Positions 40,881 to 50,465 of a stretch of DNA of 64,000 nucleotides are shown piece after piece. The stretch spans positions 844,419-908,418 of the forward strand of contig CAVTJH010000004.1 in NCBI GenBank assembly GCA_963735015.1, given 5' to 3'. The stretch's first letter is position 1. Each line of letters begins with the position of its first letter. This DNA is from an uncultured Bacteroidota bacterium (GTDB lineage Bacteria > Bacteroidota > Bacteroidia > Chitinophagales > Chitinophagaceae). Both the position numbers and the translations under genes were made by a program. The notes under the pieces were generated by a model. That model ran no database searches and had not been told where the DNA came from. It saw only the letters and a program-made list of their open reading frames with translations.

Positions 40881-41917
40881 AATTTCGGACAAGGAATTGT
40901 TTTTCTTTCTTCAGCGGCCTTCTTGATGTAGATGAGAGAAATTTCAAAGCCACCCTGACTTTCCGAAGCAGACTTCAGCGAAGAGACATTCACATCGTAA
41001 GTCATACCGACGGTGAATGACCCCACGTCCAGGCCGATATAAGGAATAATCGCATCTGTCAGATTGCTGAAACGGGACCAGAGACCCAGATACAGATTGA
41101 TGGGACTGGAAGTTTCTTCATTATTTAAATTGTATGACCAGGCACCCCCAAGCATCGCATCCACTGCATTCGCCTGCCTGCTGTATAAACCACTAAAATG
41201 AATAAAATTGGTATTATTCGCACTGGATAACGGGAATGAGTAACCGCCATGCAGTGTAAACCGGGGATGCAAAGTATATAAATTGTTACCTGAAAAGGAT
41301 TCGGTAGGTTGCAGAATGTGATAAGCCGATGCGCCAAAATAATAGTTGTTATTGCCATCGGTAGATCCGTTATACAAAATACCCAGATTGAGATCGAAGT
41401 AACTGAGATTAACCTCGTGACCGCTAACCAGTTCAGAACTGGGTAAGGTCCAGCCACCCTGCTGGTCCAGCTGATCTTCAAAATTCAGCCTTGTTCCGTC
41501 GAGTCTTTTGGTAGCATAAGATCCCTGGAACCCGATGCCGATCTGGTTCCATCCGTTTTCATCTAGCGCTTTCTGATAAGAAGTTGAAACAGCGACATAA
41601 TTGCTCGTCAAAATGCCATCGGCAGTTTTGTCGGTCATAGTCATCAATCCGACTCCCCAGGCATCGCCATTGGTGATTTTATTTGCCATGATGTTTCCAT
41701 CCACCGAAATGGTGGAAGTTATATAAGCGTTGTTAATCTGGGGCCATTGATTTCGGTAGTTCCCTGCTACCCGAAGGGCACCATTGAATTTTCCGGTAAG
41801 CGCCGGATTCAATGTGAGCGGAGAAGCAAAGAATTGGGAAAATTCGGGATCCTGCGCCTTGGAAATTCCGGGGACCAGGCTACAAACACAAATCAGCACG
41901 TGAATAATTCTTCTCAT
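40877..41917 (-). CDS. PorP/SprF family T9SS membrane protein
   Basis: QDPEFSQFFASPLTLNPALTG, NYRNQW, YDVNVS..GGFEIS, CPKF. Confidence 0.88.
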   Translation of the reverse strand: MRRIIHVLICVCSLVPGISKAQDPEFSQFFASPLTLNPALTGKFNGALRVAGNYRNQWPQINNAYITSTISVDGNIMANKITNGDAWGVGLMTMTDKTADGILTSNYVAVSTSYQKALDENGWNQIGIGFQGSYATKRLDGTRLNFEDQLDQQGGWTLPSSELVSGHEVNLSYFDLNLGILYNGSTDGNNNYYFGASAYHILQPTESFSGNNLYTLHPRFTLHGGYSFPLSSANNTNFIHFSGLYSRQANAVDAMLGGAWSYNLNNEETSSPINLYLGLWSRFSNLTDAIIPYIGLDVGSFTVGMTYDVNVSSLKSASESQGGFEISLIYIKKAAEERKTIPCPKF

Positions 41918-42092
41918 AAGCACCATCCTTTGATTACGGCCGGTTCGTAGGTCTGAATTGACCGGACATTATTCTCAGCAATAACCTGGTGGTTGTTCCG
42001 GATTAGGAAAATGGATTCATAGGAAGTAATTCCCTGGACGAGCGATGAAAATAAACAAAATTCCTGATACAAGGAAGCGCCCATACCTGATC

Positions 42093-42743
42093 TTAAAGCT
42101 GGGTTTTATTTCCAAAAGACAGGTCTCCTGCATCTCCAAGACCCGGCACTATATATCCTTTCGCGGTCAGCTCGTCATCAATGGCGCCACACCATATTTT
42201 GCAGACCGGCAGGGCCCTTCGCACATACTCTATTCCAACCGTACAGGCAATAGCTGTAACGATATGAATCTCAGCGGGGTTGCCTTCAGCTCGCAATTGT
42301 TGAATGGTCTTGACCATTGAAGACCCTGTCGCCAGCATGGGATCAGAAATAATTAATACGCGGTTTTCGAGTTCAGGACTTGTGATATAACTCATACTGA
42401 TTTCAAAAGATCCATCCCTGTCGTGCTTCCTGTACGCAGAGATAAAGGCATTATCTGCTTTATCAAACACATTCAGCAGGCCCTGATGTAAAGGCAGCCC
42501 CGCACGGAGAATAGTTGCAAGCACAGGCTGACTTTTGAGCATCTTTGAGTTGGAAATACCTAATGGCGTCTGAATTTCCAATTCCTGATAAGTTAACTGA
42601 CGGCTGATTTCGTAGCCTGCTATTTCACCAATCCTTTCCAGGTTTCGTCGAAAACGCATTCGGTCTGTCTGCACTGATTGATCCCGAATTTCGGCGATCC
42701 AGTCGCAGAGAATCGAATAATTATGGCTTAGATTTATCACCAT
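42093..42743 (-). CDS. upp: Uracil phosphoribosyltransferase
   Basis: ILRAGL, DPMLATG, YIVPGLGDAGD. Confidence 0.95.
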   Translation of the reverse strand: MVINLSHNYSILCDWIAEIRDQSVQTDRMRFRRNLERIGEIAGYEISRQLTYQELEIQTPLGISNSKMLKSQPVLATILRAGLPLHQGLLNVFDKADNAFISAYRKHDRDGSFEISMSYITSPELENRVLIISDPMLATGSSMVKTIQQLRAEGNPAEIHIVTAIACTVGIEYVRRALPVCKIWCGAIDDELTAKGYIVPGLGDAGDLSFGNKTQL

Positions 42744-42826
42744 AGATAAAAATTAAATATCCGATATTCGGAATTCCGTCGGTGTTAAAACTAAAATTAA
42801 AAGATTGAACCAGAAAATCATTTCCT

Positions 42827-43915
42827 ATGCAGTATAATGTGATTGGATTGATGAGTGGAAGTTCGCTCGACGGTCTTGACATTGCCTTTGTCCATTTTGA
42901 TGAAACGGCCGGGAAATGGCAGTTTGAAATACTGGAGACTGCCTGCATTCCCTATTCAGAAGAATGGAGGAATAATCTTTCGTCTCCGGCCAAACTGTCG
43001 GCCAAGGATTATTTGCTACTGCACACAGCCTATGGCCACTATATCGGTGATTGTATAAATCATTTTCTGGAAGAAAAAAACATTGCTTACCGGGTTCAGT
43101 TGATTGCATCACATGGGCATACTGCTTTCCATATTCCGGCAAAGAAGATGACTGCCCAGATTGGAGATGGGGCAGCAATTGCTGCGGTTACCGGCGTCCG
43201 CACGATTACTGACCTTCGGAGTGTTGACATTGCGTTGGGTGGTCAGGGAGCGCCGATAGTTCCTATAGGAGAGAAACTGCTGTTTCCGGAATTCGATTTT
43301 TTTCTCAATATAGGAGGTATAGCCAACCTTTCTGTTAACAGGGAATCCTTTATTGGTTTTGATGTATGTCCGGCAAATCGTGTTCTGAATTTGCTTTCTG
43401 CCAGCGCTGAAAAAGGATATGATGAAAATGGAAACCTCGCCGCCACAGGCAATGTGGATGAAAATCTCCTCAACCGGTTAAATGACTTTCCATATTATAA
43501 ATTAAATTATCCAAAATCTCTTTCTAATGAATTCGGCCTGAATGAGATTTATCCAATGATAAAAGATGCAAATATTTCAACACAGGATGCTCTGCGCACC
43601 TTTGTCCAGCATATAGTAGTTCAGATTTCTAAATCACTGCTTCAACTGAAAAAAGGAATTTCTGGTAGTGAAAAGCTAAGATTACTGATAACCGGAGGGG
43701 GGGCACATAACCTTTTTCTTATTGAAAGACTCAGAAAGGAAATTTCACCCATGGGAATTGAGTCCGTAATTCCTGACAACAGATTGATTGACTTTAAGGA
43801 GGCTCTCGTTATGGCGCTGATGGGAGTGCTGCGCTGGCGGGAAGACATCAATGTGCTGCATTCAGTAACCGGCGCGTCGAAAGACAGTATTAACGGAGCG
43901 GTGTGGTCGGTTTAG
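42827..43915 (+). CDS. anmK: Anhydro-N-acetylmuramic acid kinase
   Basis: GLMSGSSLDGLD, SHGHT, GGQGAPIVP, NIGGIAN, GGGAHN, KEA. Confidence 0.93.
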   Translation: MQYNVIGLMSGSSLDGLDIAFVHFDETAGKWQFEILETACIPYSEEWRNNLSSPAKLSAKDYLLLHTAYGHYIGDCINHFLEEKNIAYRVQLIASHGHTAFHIPAKKMTAQIGDGAAIAAVTGVRTITDLRSVDIALGGQGAPIVPIGEKLLFPEFDFFLNIGGIANLSVNRESFIGFDVCPANRVLNLLSASAEKGYDENGNLAATGNVDENLLNRLNDFPYYKLNYPKSLSNEFGLNEIYPMIKDANISTQDALRTFVQHIVVQISKSLLQLKKGISGSEKLRLLITGGGAHNLFLIERLRKEISPMGIESVIPDNRLIDFKEALVMALMGVLRWREDINVLHSVTGASKDSINGAVWSV

Positions 43916-44020
43916 CGGTTACGGGTTATGGGTTATGAGATATGGGTTATGAGATAGTTATGAAACTTTTATAATTAATAAATAATAATCAACAACTCAT
44001 AGCCCATATCTCATAACCCA
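43914..44020. repeat. Inverted 7-mer cassette (GGTTATG/AGATATG family)
   Basis: 43929-43955 matches the reverse complement of 43994-44020 at 25/27; fills the gap between convergent stops. Confidence 0.85.
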
Positions 44021-44761
44021 TCAAAGTCCAAGTACTGTTTTCAATTTAACATATCCTGACTTGCTCACAGGCACACGGGCGCCAGATTTCAAAATGGCAA
44101 GGTGACCATCTTTTTCATAAGGATCAATACGCGTTATTTCTGTAATATTCACCATGAACGATCGATGGGTTCTTACAAATTGATTTATATTCAGCACTCT
44201 TTCAAAATGACCCATGGTCTTGTTTTTGAGGAAAGCGCCTTCCTTTGTATGAACTTTAACGTAATCATCAGCGGCTTCGAGAAAATGAATCTCTTCAATC
44301 GGGATAATGCGGATCTTTCCTGAAAGTTTTACGACAACCCGATGTAGTTCAGCCGGACTATTTGAAACAGTTTCAAGTAATGGAGCCAGTTGTTCTTTAA
44401 CTGGCATGGATCCTTCTGTTTGTTTCCATTTTGATATCGCTTTATCAAAACGATCCTGGCTAAAAGGCTTAAGAAGGTAATCTATCGCATGACTCTCAAA
44501 TGCTTTTATTGCAAACTCGTCAAAAGCCGTTGTAAAAATTACAGACGGTGGTTCCTCTATCAATTCCAGCATTTCGAAGCCATTTATTTTTGGCATCTGT
44601 ATATCAAGAAAAATAAGGTCGGGTTGCCATTGCTGAATGGCTTTAACACCTTCAAAACCATCGTTGCATTCCGCGATCAGTGTAAGTTCCGGATGATTTT
44701 GCAGGTATTCCCTGATAATGGATCTTGCCAGCGGTTCATCATCAATGATAATAATTTTCAT
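44021..44761 (-). CDS. LytTR-family response regulator
   Basis: DDEPLAR, FLDIQMP, DYLLKP, FVRTHRSFMVN, PVSKS. Confidence 0.92.
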   Translation of the reverse strand: MKIIIIDDEPLARSIIREYLQNHPELTLIAECNDGFEGVKAIQQWQPDLIFLDIQMPKINGFEMLELIEEPPSVIFTTAFDEFAIKAFESHAIDYLLKPFSQDRFDKAISKWKQTEGSMPVKEQLAPLLETVSNSPAELHRVVVKLSGKIRIIPIEEIHFLEAADDYVKVHTKEGAFLKNKTMGHFERVLNINQFVRTHRSFMVNITEITRIDPYEKDGHLAILKSGARVPVSKSGYVKLKTVLGL

Positions 44762-45800
44762 GCCTTGGAATATTAATGGTCGTCGTAAATACATGATCTT
44801 TTGCCGAAGTTTCTACGAGATCCGACCTTGCAAATAATAAGTATAGTCTTCGTTTTACAGAATTTAATCCAAATCCGGTTCCATGACGGGGACTGGCTGT
44901 TTCAGGATCGAAAGGATTCTGCACTACAACTTTCAGTGTCTCTTTTTCAGCGGATACAGAAATATTAATAGTTACTGCTTCAGTGGTATCATATAAACCG
45001 AATTTTATGGCATTTTCCACCACGGGTTGCAATAGCATTGGAGGAACCAGCATATGAAGGCTTTTTTCATCCTTCAAAATAGTGGCAGACAATCGATGCC
45101 CGAACCGTACTTTTTCTATCTCCAGGTATAGTTCCAGTGAATCAAGTTCTTCCTGCATTTTTATCCACAGTTCTTCTTCTTTTCTAAGTGTTGTGCGAAG
45201 GAAATCTGAAAGCTGGTGAATCATTTTCCTTGCCTGAGTAGGATCATTACCGATAAGTGCACTTATGGAATTAAGACTGTTGAATAAAAAATGTGGCTGT
45301 AACTGCTGACGCAGTTTAAATAACTCCGCTTCCTTGCTCAGTTTTTCCGCGTCATTTTTCCGCTGACGGTTTTCCTGTTCCTCTTCCTGTGTATACCAGA
45401 GAACACAAATAACAGCCATACATCCTATCAGAAGAAAAGCTACACCTAAACGGAGCCAGTATGCATTTGAAAGGAGTATTGAATAATCCGAATTTGCGGG
45501 ATCGCTCAGCATTAGATTCAGAATTAGTTTGCTAAGAGCGTTGACTACAAAACTGAAAATAATACAGATTATTAACACATACAGATAGCGGTCCTTATAA
45601 GGAAGATAGTATCTCAATATATTGCTGATGATCCAGCAGGCCCCGAATAATAAAGCATTGGTTACAAAACTATCAAGGATGGCATTATTCAGCGAACAGC
45701 CGTAGCTCCTGATCAGCAGTGTATGCAGGATTGCCCAGACAATCCACCATCCAAGAAAGCTGTTGCGAAATTTTCTAACGCTAAGAGGGGACCTGGCCAA
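44742..45800 (-). CDS. LytS-type sensor histidine kinase
   Basis: QLQPHFLFNSLNSI, YLEIEKVRF, LQPVVENAIK, GTGFGL. Confidence 0.92.
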   Translation of the reverse strand: MARSPLSVRKFRNSFLGWWIVWAILHTLLIRSYGCSLNNAILDSFVTNALLFGACWIISNILRYYLPYKDRYLYVLIICIIFSFVVNALSKLILNLMLSDPANSDYSILLSNAYWLRLGVAFLLIGCMAVICVLWYTQEEEQENRQRKNDAEKLSKEAELFKLRQQLQPHFLFNSLNSISALIGNDPTQARKMIHQLSDFLRTTLRKEEELWIKMQEELDSLELYLEIEKVRFGHRLSATILKDEKSLHMLVPPMLLQPVVENAIKFGLYDTTEAVTINISVSAEKETLKVVVQNPFDPETASPRHGTGFGLNSVKRRLYLLFARSDLVETSAKDHVFTTTINIPRHENYYH

Positions 45801-45809
45801 ATATTTCAG

Positions 45810-46169
45810 TTAAATAATTTCCAGAAATTGATGTTTGCTGTTGTGCAGAATATGAGCAGCTTTTCTATTTGTAAGCTCAATATACAATTCCGCATTATCC
45901 GTTTCCTGTATACGAGAATACAACTCAGCACCATCGAGTAAACCACTGAGTTTGTATAGTTCAGCCACATTAATAAATTTCCATTGTACCAGTTTCTGAT
46001 CTTCGTTAAAGAATTTGTCCTCTTCCCTGGCTCCAAGCTCAGCAGATTTTTCAAAAGCCTCCTGCGCGCTGTCTGCCTGGATTAACCTGAGTTGTTCGTC
46101 GAACTGGGCAGTATGATTTCCCTGACCGCAGATTATCCTGTAAACAATTTTAGTAAGATACCAGTTCAT
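45810..46169 (-). CDS. DUF4288 family protein
   Basis: WYL.K, FDEQLRLI.A, V.WKF, DGAELYS. Confidence 0.65.
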   Translation of the reverse strand: MNWYLTKIVYRIICGQGNHTAQFDEQLRLIQADSAQEAFEKSAELGAREEDKFFNEDQKLVQWKFINVAELYKLSGLLDGAELYSRIQETDNAELYIELTNRKAAHILHNSKHQFLEII

Positions 46170-46199
46170 AGTTTTGATTTAAAAATGATCGGATAAAGT

Positions 46200-47102
46200 T
46201 TAATAGTTTTTTATTTCAATACCCCCAAAAACAGAGGTTCCATCTATAATGAGTACTTTCTGATGATTTGTAATTCCAATATTCTGTCTCTTGTCTTCAA
46301 TATTGCCAAAAACAGATGTGAGCTGGGTTCTCACTTCCCAATTCGAAGGAACAATCAGTTTAGTCCCGCCCATTATCTGAGTGATATCAAGGGAAGCGGT
46401 TCCCTGAATATCTGCCTGGCTCAGATTTATTTCGGCTCCCCCCATAAATATGGTGATATCGCCTCCTTTAAAATTTTTAGAAATAATATTCTTGTTTATT
46501 CCTCCAAAAACAGCAGTTGCATCGATATAATCTTCAGAAGAGAAATTCCGGGAACCTGATCCTTCATCACGGGTGGAACCTGTATTCGCGTCGGTTTCAA
46601 CACCCGGATTGGGTGGCGTATTCATAAAGCCAGGATATCCTCGTCTCTGACGTCTTCTCTGCCACCTGTCCCAGTCTCTCCGGTGCCATCTGTCGTGCCA
46701 GTCATGATCTGCCCAGTATGGCCTTTTTGGTCGGATCAGCATAATAAGTCCTACCACAATGATAATAGCCGGCCAAATAAAACGATGAATATTGAGATCC
46801 GGAATCATCTGGTCCATAAAAAAGAAAGTTCCGATCAGAATCATGATCAACCAACCGGGTCCACGAAAAGCATGGGCCAAACCACTGAAAATACCGATTA
46901 CGATCAGCAATATTTGCCAGCTGAAAATCCAGTCAGGTAATCCAATGCCCATCTGTCGTAAAAGCAGCAAACCACCTACTACAACCAGTCCAAGCGGGAC
47001 CCAAACCCGACCACCACTATGCCTTCGCCTGATCCGGTCGTTTATATCACTCTTTATGTCTTCAGCCATATCTTTTCTTATATCGTCTCCCGAATTTTCC
47101 AT
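46200..47102 (-). CDS. LiaF-like cell-envelope stress membrane protein (DUF5668 plus DUF2154-like)
   Basis: 4 TMs (FSWQILLI.IG, WPAIII.VG) and a C-terminal FGG repeat domain. Confidence 0.78.
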   Translation of the reverse strand: MENSGDDIRKDMAEDIKSDINDRIRRRHSGGRVWVPLGLVVVGGLLLLRQMGIGLPDWIFSWQILLIVIGIFSGLAHAFRGPGWLIMILIGTFFFMDQMIPDLNIHRFIWPAIIIVVGLIMLIRPKRPYWADHDWHDRWHRRDWDRWQRRRQRRGYPGFMNTPPNPGVETDANTGSTRDEGSGSRNFSSEDYIDATAVFGGINKNIISKNFKGGDITIFMGGAEINLSQADIQGTASLDITQIMGGTKLIVPSNWEVRTQLTSVFGNIEDKRQNIGITNHQKVLIIDGTSVFGGIEIKNY

Positions 47103-47156
47103 TGTTTTTAAGTTGAAGTAAAACTAACGCAGTATGACCTTTTATTCAAGCATATA

Positions 47157-47206
47157 TAGGCCACTGTGCTCAGAAAACCGGTGAAGGCGGGTATTTTTCC
47201 GGTAAG
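47157..47206 (-). promoter_or_regulatory. Putative LytTR binding site upstream of the liaF-like operon
   Basis: taggccac/ccggtgaa/ccggtaag at 47157, 47178, 47199 (21-bp period); weak TAGTTTTA -7 element at 47119-47126. Confidence 0.45.
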
Positions 47207-47216
47207 AATGCCAAGA

Positions 47217-48851
47217 TCATAATAACTGGAATCGGTCACCATCAAATAGTCCCAGATCACTTATTTTGAGGTGGGGGATTACGAGGAGTGCCATGAAAGA
47301 AAGTGTCATAAAAGGAGCCTGTAGTCTCGAACCCATTTTTTTTGCACGGGCATCCAATGTTGTATAAGCTTCAGCCACCCGATACCCGTCCTCCGTGCTC
47401 ATCAGTCCTGCCACTGGAAGGGCCAGATTTATTACCATTTCGTCGTCAGCAATACTGATACCGCCTTTTCCAGCGATAACTGCATTGACCGCGCGACTAA
47501 GCGAATCATCACTGGTACCTACAGCTACTATATTATGGCTATCATGTGCAACCGAAGAAGCCAGTGCACCCGTTTTCAATCCAAAGCTTTTAATAAAAGC
47601 CTTTGAGACAGGCGCTTTCTTATAACGGTTCAGCACAACGATTTTTAATATATCGTTGCCGGGATCCGCCTTCCACATACCATCCACCGCTTTCATTTCA
47701 GTTTTATATTTTCCGGTGATAAGCTGGCCGTCAAGAGCTTCAATAACGGGATAAGAATATGAAGTATCCTGTTGGGGATATGCGGGAAATTTAAAGTCCC
47801 CGGGTTTCGTGAGAGCACATTCAAATTGGTTGGGTTCCGTTGAGCTTTTGACTGAATCCAGCTTTGTTTTTCCGTTTTCCGCAACCAGCTGACCTTTGAT
47901 ATAAGTTTGAAGGACCTGAAAATGATTCAGGTCCTTCAGCAGGATAAAATCAGCCGGATCATTGGGTCTGAGATAACCGACCTCAAGATTATAATGTTTT
48001 ATCGGGTTGATGCAGGCTACAGTAAGTACTTTGAACGGATCGATTTTTTTTGCGACGGCCCTGGCACAAAGCTGGTTTATATGTCCGCTCACGAGACTAT
48101 CGGGATGCTTGTCGTCGCTGCAGAACATCATATTTTCCCAATGATCGGACAGCAGATCTGCAAGAGCTTCAAAATTCCTGGCTGCACTTCCTTCCCTTAT
48201 CAGGATCTTCATGCCAAGTCCGAGCTTCTCCAATGCTTCATCTGCAGTGAAACATTCATGATCCGTGCTGATACCGGCGAGAACATAATTTCTCAATGCG
48301 TCACCACGCAACCCAGGCGCATGACCATCTATGGGTTTATGATATTTTTTTGCCAGTGATATCTTCTTCATTACTTCCGGATCTCCATGCAGTACGCCAG
48401 GAAAATTCATCATCTCGCTTAAATATCTGATATCGGGTCTCGATAAAAGTTGATCCGTTTCAGCCGCATGCAGTGCAGCGCCTGCTGTTTCAAATTCTGT
48501 AGCAGGCACACAGCTGGGAGAACCGAAGTAAAAATAGAAAGGTGTTTGCCTTCCGTTTTCAATCATAAAATCAACACCTGAAATACCAAGTACATTAGCG
48601 ATTTCATGGGGGTCACTCACGGTCGCAATCGTTCCATGAACTACAGCAAGCCTGGCAAATTCAGAAGGCAGCAGCATGGAACTTTCAATATGCACGTGTG
48701 CATCAATAAATCCAGGACAAATAAATACTTCTGGCACCGCTGAATCTGCCGATAATTCCTGAATTGAAAATATCTTTTTGTCCGCGATGGAGATTTCTGC
48801 AGGAAAAATTCGCTTAGCAGCAATATCAATCAGTTTTCCCTTGATCACCAT
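47217..48851 (-). CDS. ade: Adenine deaminase
   Basis: PGFIDAHVHIESS, SDPHEIAN, DGHAP, TDHE, REGSAA, VAHDSHN. Confidence 0.93.
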   Translation of the reverse strand: MVIKGKLIDIAAKRIFPAEISIADKKIFSIQELSADSAVPEVFICPGFIDAHVHIESSMLLPSEFARLAVVHGTIATVSDPHEIANVLGISGVDFMIENGRQTPFYFYFGSPSCVPATEFETAGAALHAAETDQLLSRPDIRYLSEMMNFPGVLHGDPEVMKKISLAKKYHKPIDGHAPGLRGDALRNYVLAGISTDHECFTADEALEKLGLGMKILIREGSAARNFEALADLLSDHWENMMFCSDDKHPDSLVSGHINQLCARAVAKKIDPFKVLTVACINPIKHYNLEVGYLRPNDPADFILLKDLNHFQVLQTYIKGQLVAENGKTKLDSVKSSTEPNQFECALTKPGDFKFPAYPQQDTSYSYPVIEALDGQLITGKYKTEMKAVDGMWKADPGNDILKIVVLNRYKKAPVSKAFIKSFGLKTGALASSVAHDSHNIVAVGTSDDSLSRAVNAVIAGKGGISIADDEMVINLALPVAGLMSTEDGYRVAEAYTTLDARAKKMGSRLQAPFMTLSFMALLVIPHLKISDLGLFDGDRFQLL

Positions 48852-48904
48852 GTAGCCTGAATAAATATCTTTTTTATTTTAATTTTAAAACTTCAGTCAT
48901 CCTG

Positions 48905-48930
48905 CTTTTAGCGTTGAGCTTTAAGCGTTA
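48905..48930. repeat. Orphan 7-mer arm overlapping the trmD stop
   Basis: Minus strand TAAcgct taaagct caacgct aaaagc. Confidence 0.55.
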
Positions 48931-49605
48931 AACGTCCAAAAGACCGGGCCTTTTCTCTGATGTTTTGCGCAGGGCCGCTTCATGCCGCCATTCTGCTATT
49001 TTAACAGGGTCCCCACTTAAAAGTATTTCAGGAACCTTCCACCCTCGAAATTCTGCCGGCCTTGTGTAAACCGGCGGAGCAAGCAGGTTGTCCTGAAAGG
49101 AATCGAAAAGGGCCGAAGTTTCATCATTTAATACCCCGGGCAGCAGGCGCCCAATGGCATCCGTTAAAACAGCAGCCGGTAATTCCCCGCCACTTAATAC
49201 ATAGTCGCCAATGGAAATTTCACGGGTTATAAAATGCTCGCGTATGCGTTCGTCAATTCCTTTGTAGTGGCCGGAAATGATCAATAAATTTTCATTCAGA
49301 GAAAGTGAATTGGCTATGGGTTGGGTAAGCAGCTCACCATCGGGACTCATGAAAATGATTTCATCATAAGTCCTTTCTTTTTTCAAAGATTCTATAGCAT
49401 TGGCCAGGGGTTCGCACATCATTACCATCCCTGCACCACCTCCATACTGATAATCATCCACCTGTCCATATTCATTGACTGCCCATTTTCTTAAAGGGTG
49501 GACAAAAATTTCAAGCAGCTTTTTTTCCTTTGCCCTTTTTAAGATAGAATGAGCGAAGGAACTTTCCAGTAATTCGGGTAATACACTGATGATGTCGATT
49601 CGCAA
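48928..49605 (-). CDS. trmD: tRNA (guanine37-N1)-methyltransferase (TTG start)
   Basis: [43 protein letters not shown]; TATTTTTG promoter at 49646-49653. Confidence 0.95.
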   Translation of the reverse strand: MRIDIISVLPELLESSFAHSILKRAKEKKLLEIFVHPLRKWAVNEYGQVDDYQYGGGAGMVMMCEPLANAIESLKKERTYDEIIFMSPDGELLTQPIANSLSLNENLLIISGHYKGIDERIREHFITREISIGDYVLSGGELPAAVLTDAIGRLLPGVLNDETSALFDSFQDNLLAPPVYTRPAEFRGWKVPEILLSGDPVKIAEWRHEAALRKTSEKRPGLLDV

Positions 49606-49723
49606 TTTGAAAATTTGATGGACTAAGGTAGGAGTTGTTGAAGGGCAAAAATATCTTTTACGCATCCTTTCTTAAGGTTTACGAGTTGATTTTTGGGATA
49701 AGGAAGCATGAGACAATATGTCA

Positions 49724-49891
49724 CTTCTCTTATATTCCTTCTATATTCATTCTGTGTTAATTCCGGGTTTTTTCGAGAGTTCTTCGAGAGTTCTTCGAGA
49801 GTTCTTTGGGAATCCTCGAAGGACTCTCGAAGGAATATAGAAGAAATATGGTAGCAATATCGAAGAAACCAGGTAGTAGCAAGGACGAAAC
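49724..49891. repeat. 11-mer periodic inverted array (TTCGAGAGTTC x3 plus degenerate units)
   Basis: Perfect units at 49772, 49783, 49794; complementary tcgaaggactc/tcgaaggaata/tagaagaaata units downstream. Confidence 0.7.
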
Positions 49892-49909
49892 CTGGAAAGA
49901 CACCTGACT

Positions 49910-50311
49910 TCATGGCAGTTCAGACTTCGAATTGCTCATATCATCCAGGTCACGTCTTTGCTTTTTTGTGGGTCTTCCTACTTTGCTTAATCTTTTACCG
50001 GTATGAAAGGAAGCGGCCTGGAATTGAATCCGTTCTACTTCTTCAGCAGGTGTTGTATCAAGATAGTTTTTTATAGCTTCTGAATAAGCGAGCCGGTGAT
50101 CCAGCAATCCTGTAACCTTAATGCGCCATCGCCTGGCTTCCGTTTTCACCTCATATTCATCTCCAATATGAACGTGTTTGGACGGCTTGACCTGTCCTGA
50201 TTCATTTTTCACTTTTCCTTTTTCACATGCCTCTGACGCAAGGCTCCTGGTTTTAAATAATCTTATGGCCCATAGATATTTATCTATTCGTAATTTTTCT
50301 GTCACTCCCAT
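49910..50311 (-). CDS. hslR: S4-domain RNA-binding protein Hsp15
   Basis: RIDKYLWAIRLFKTRSLA, GRPTKKQRR. Confidence 0.88.
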   Translation of the reverse strand: MGVTEKLRIDKYLWAIRLFKTRSLASEACEKGKVKNESGQVKPSKHVHIGDEYEVKTEARRWRIKVTGLLDHRLAYSEAIKNYLDTTPAEEVERIQFQAASFHTGKRLSKVGRPTKKQRRDLDDMSNSKSELP

Positions 50312-50316
50312 ATATT

Positions 50317-50465
50317 CGTTGGCGGTTGGCGGTTAGCGGTTGGCAGTTGGCGGATAGCGCTTGGCCCATCATCTCCCGACTCGGCGGGATTCGGCGGGCG
50401 ATGCAGCAGGCGGATGACCGTGTTTTGTTTTGCCTCACACTCCCATACTCCCATACTCTCATACT
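50317..50465. repeat. Chimeric cassette: GGTTGGC x5 arm, GC-rich core, CCCATACT arm
   Basis: 7-mers at 50317-50351; 8-mers at 50434-50465 supplying the dipeptidase TGA. Confidence 0.8.
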
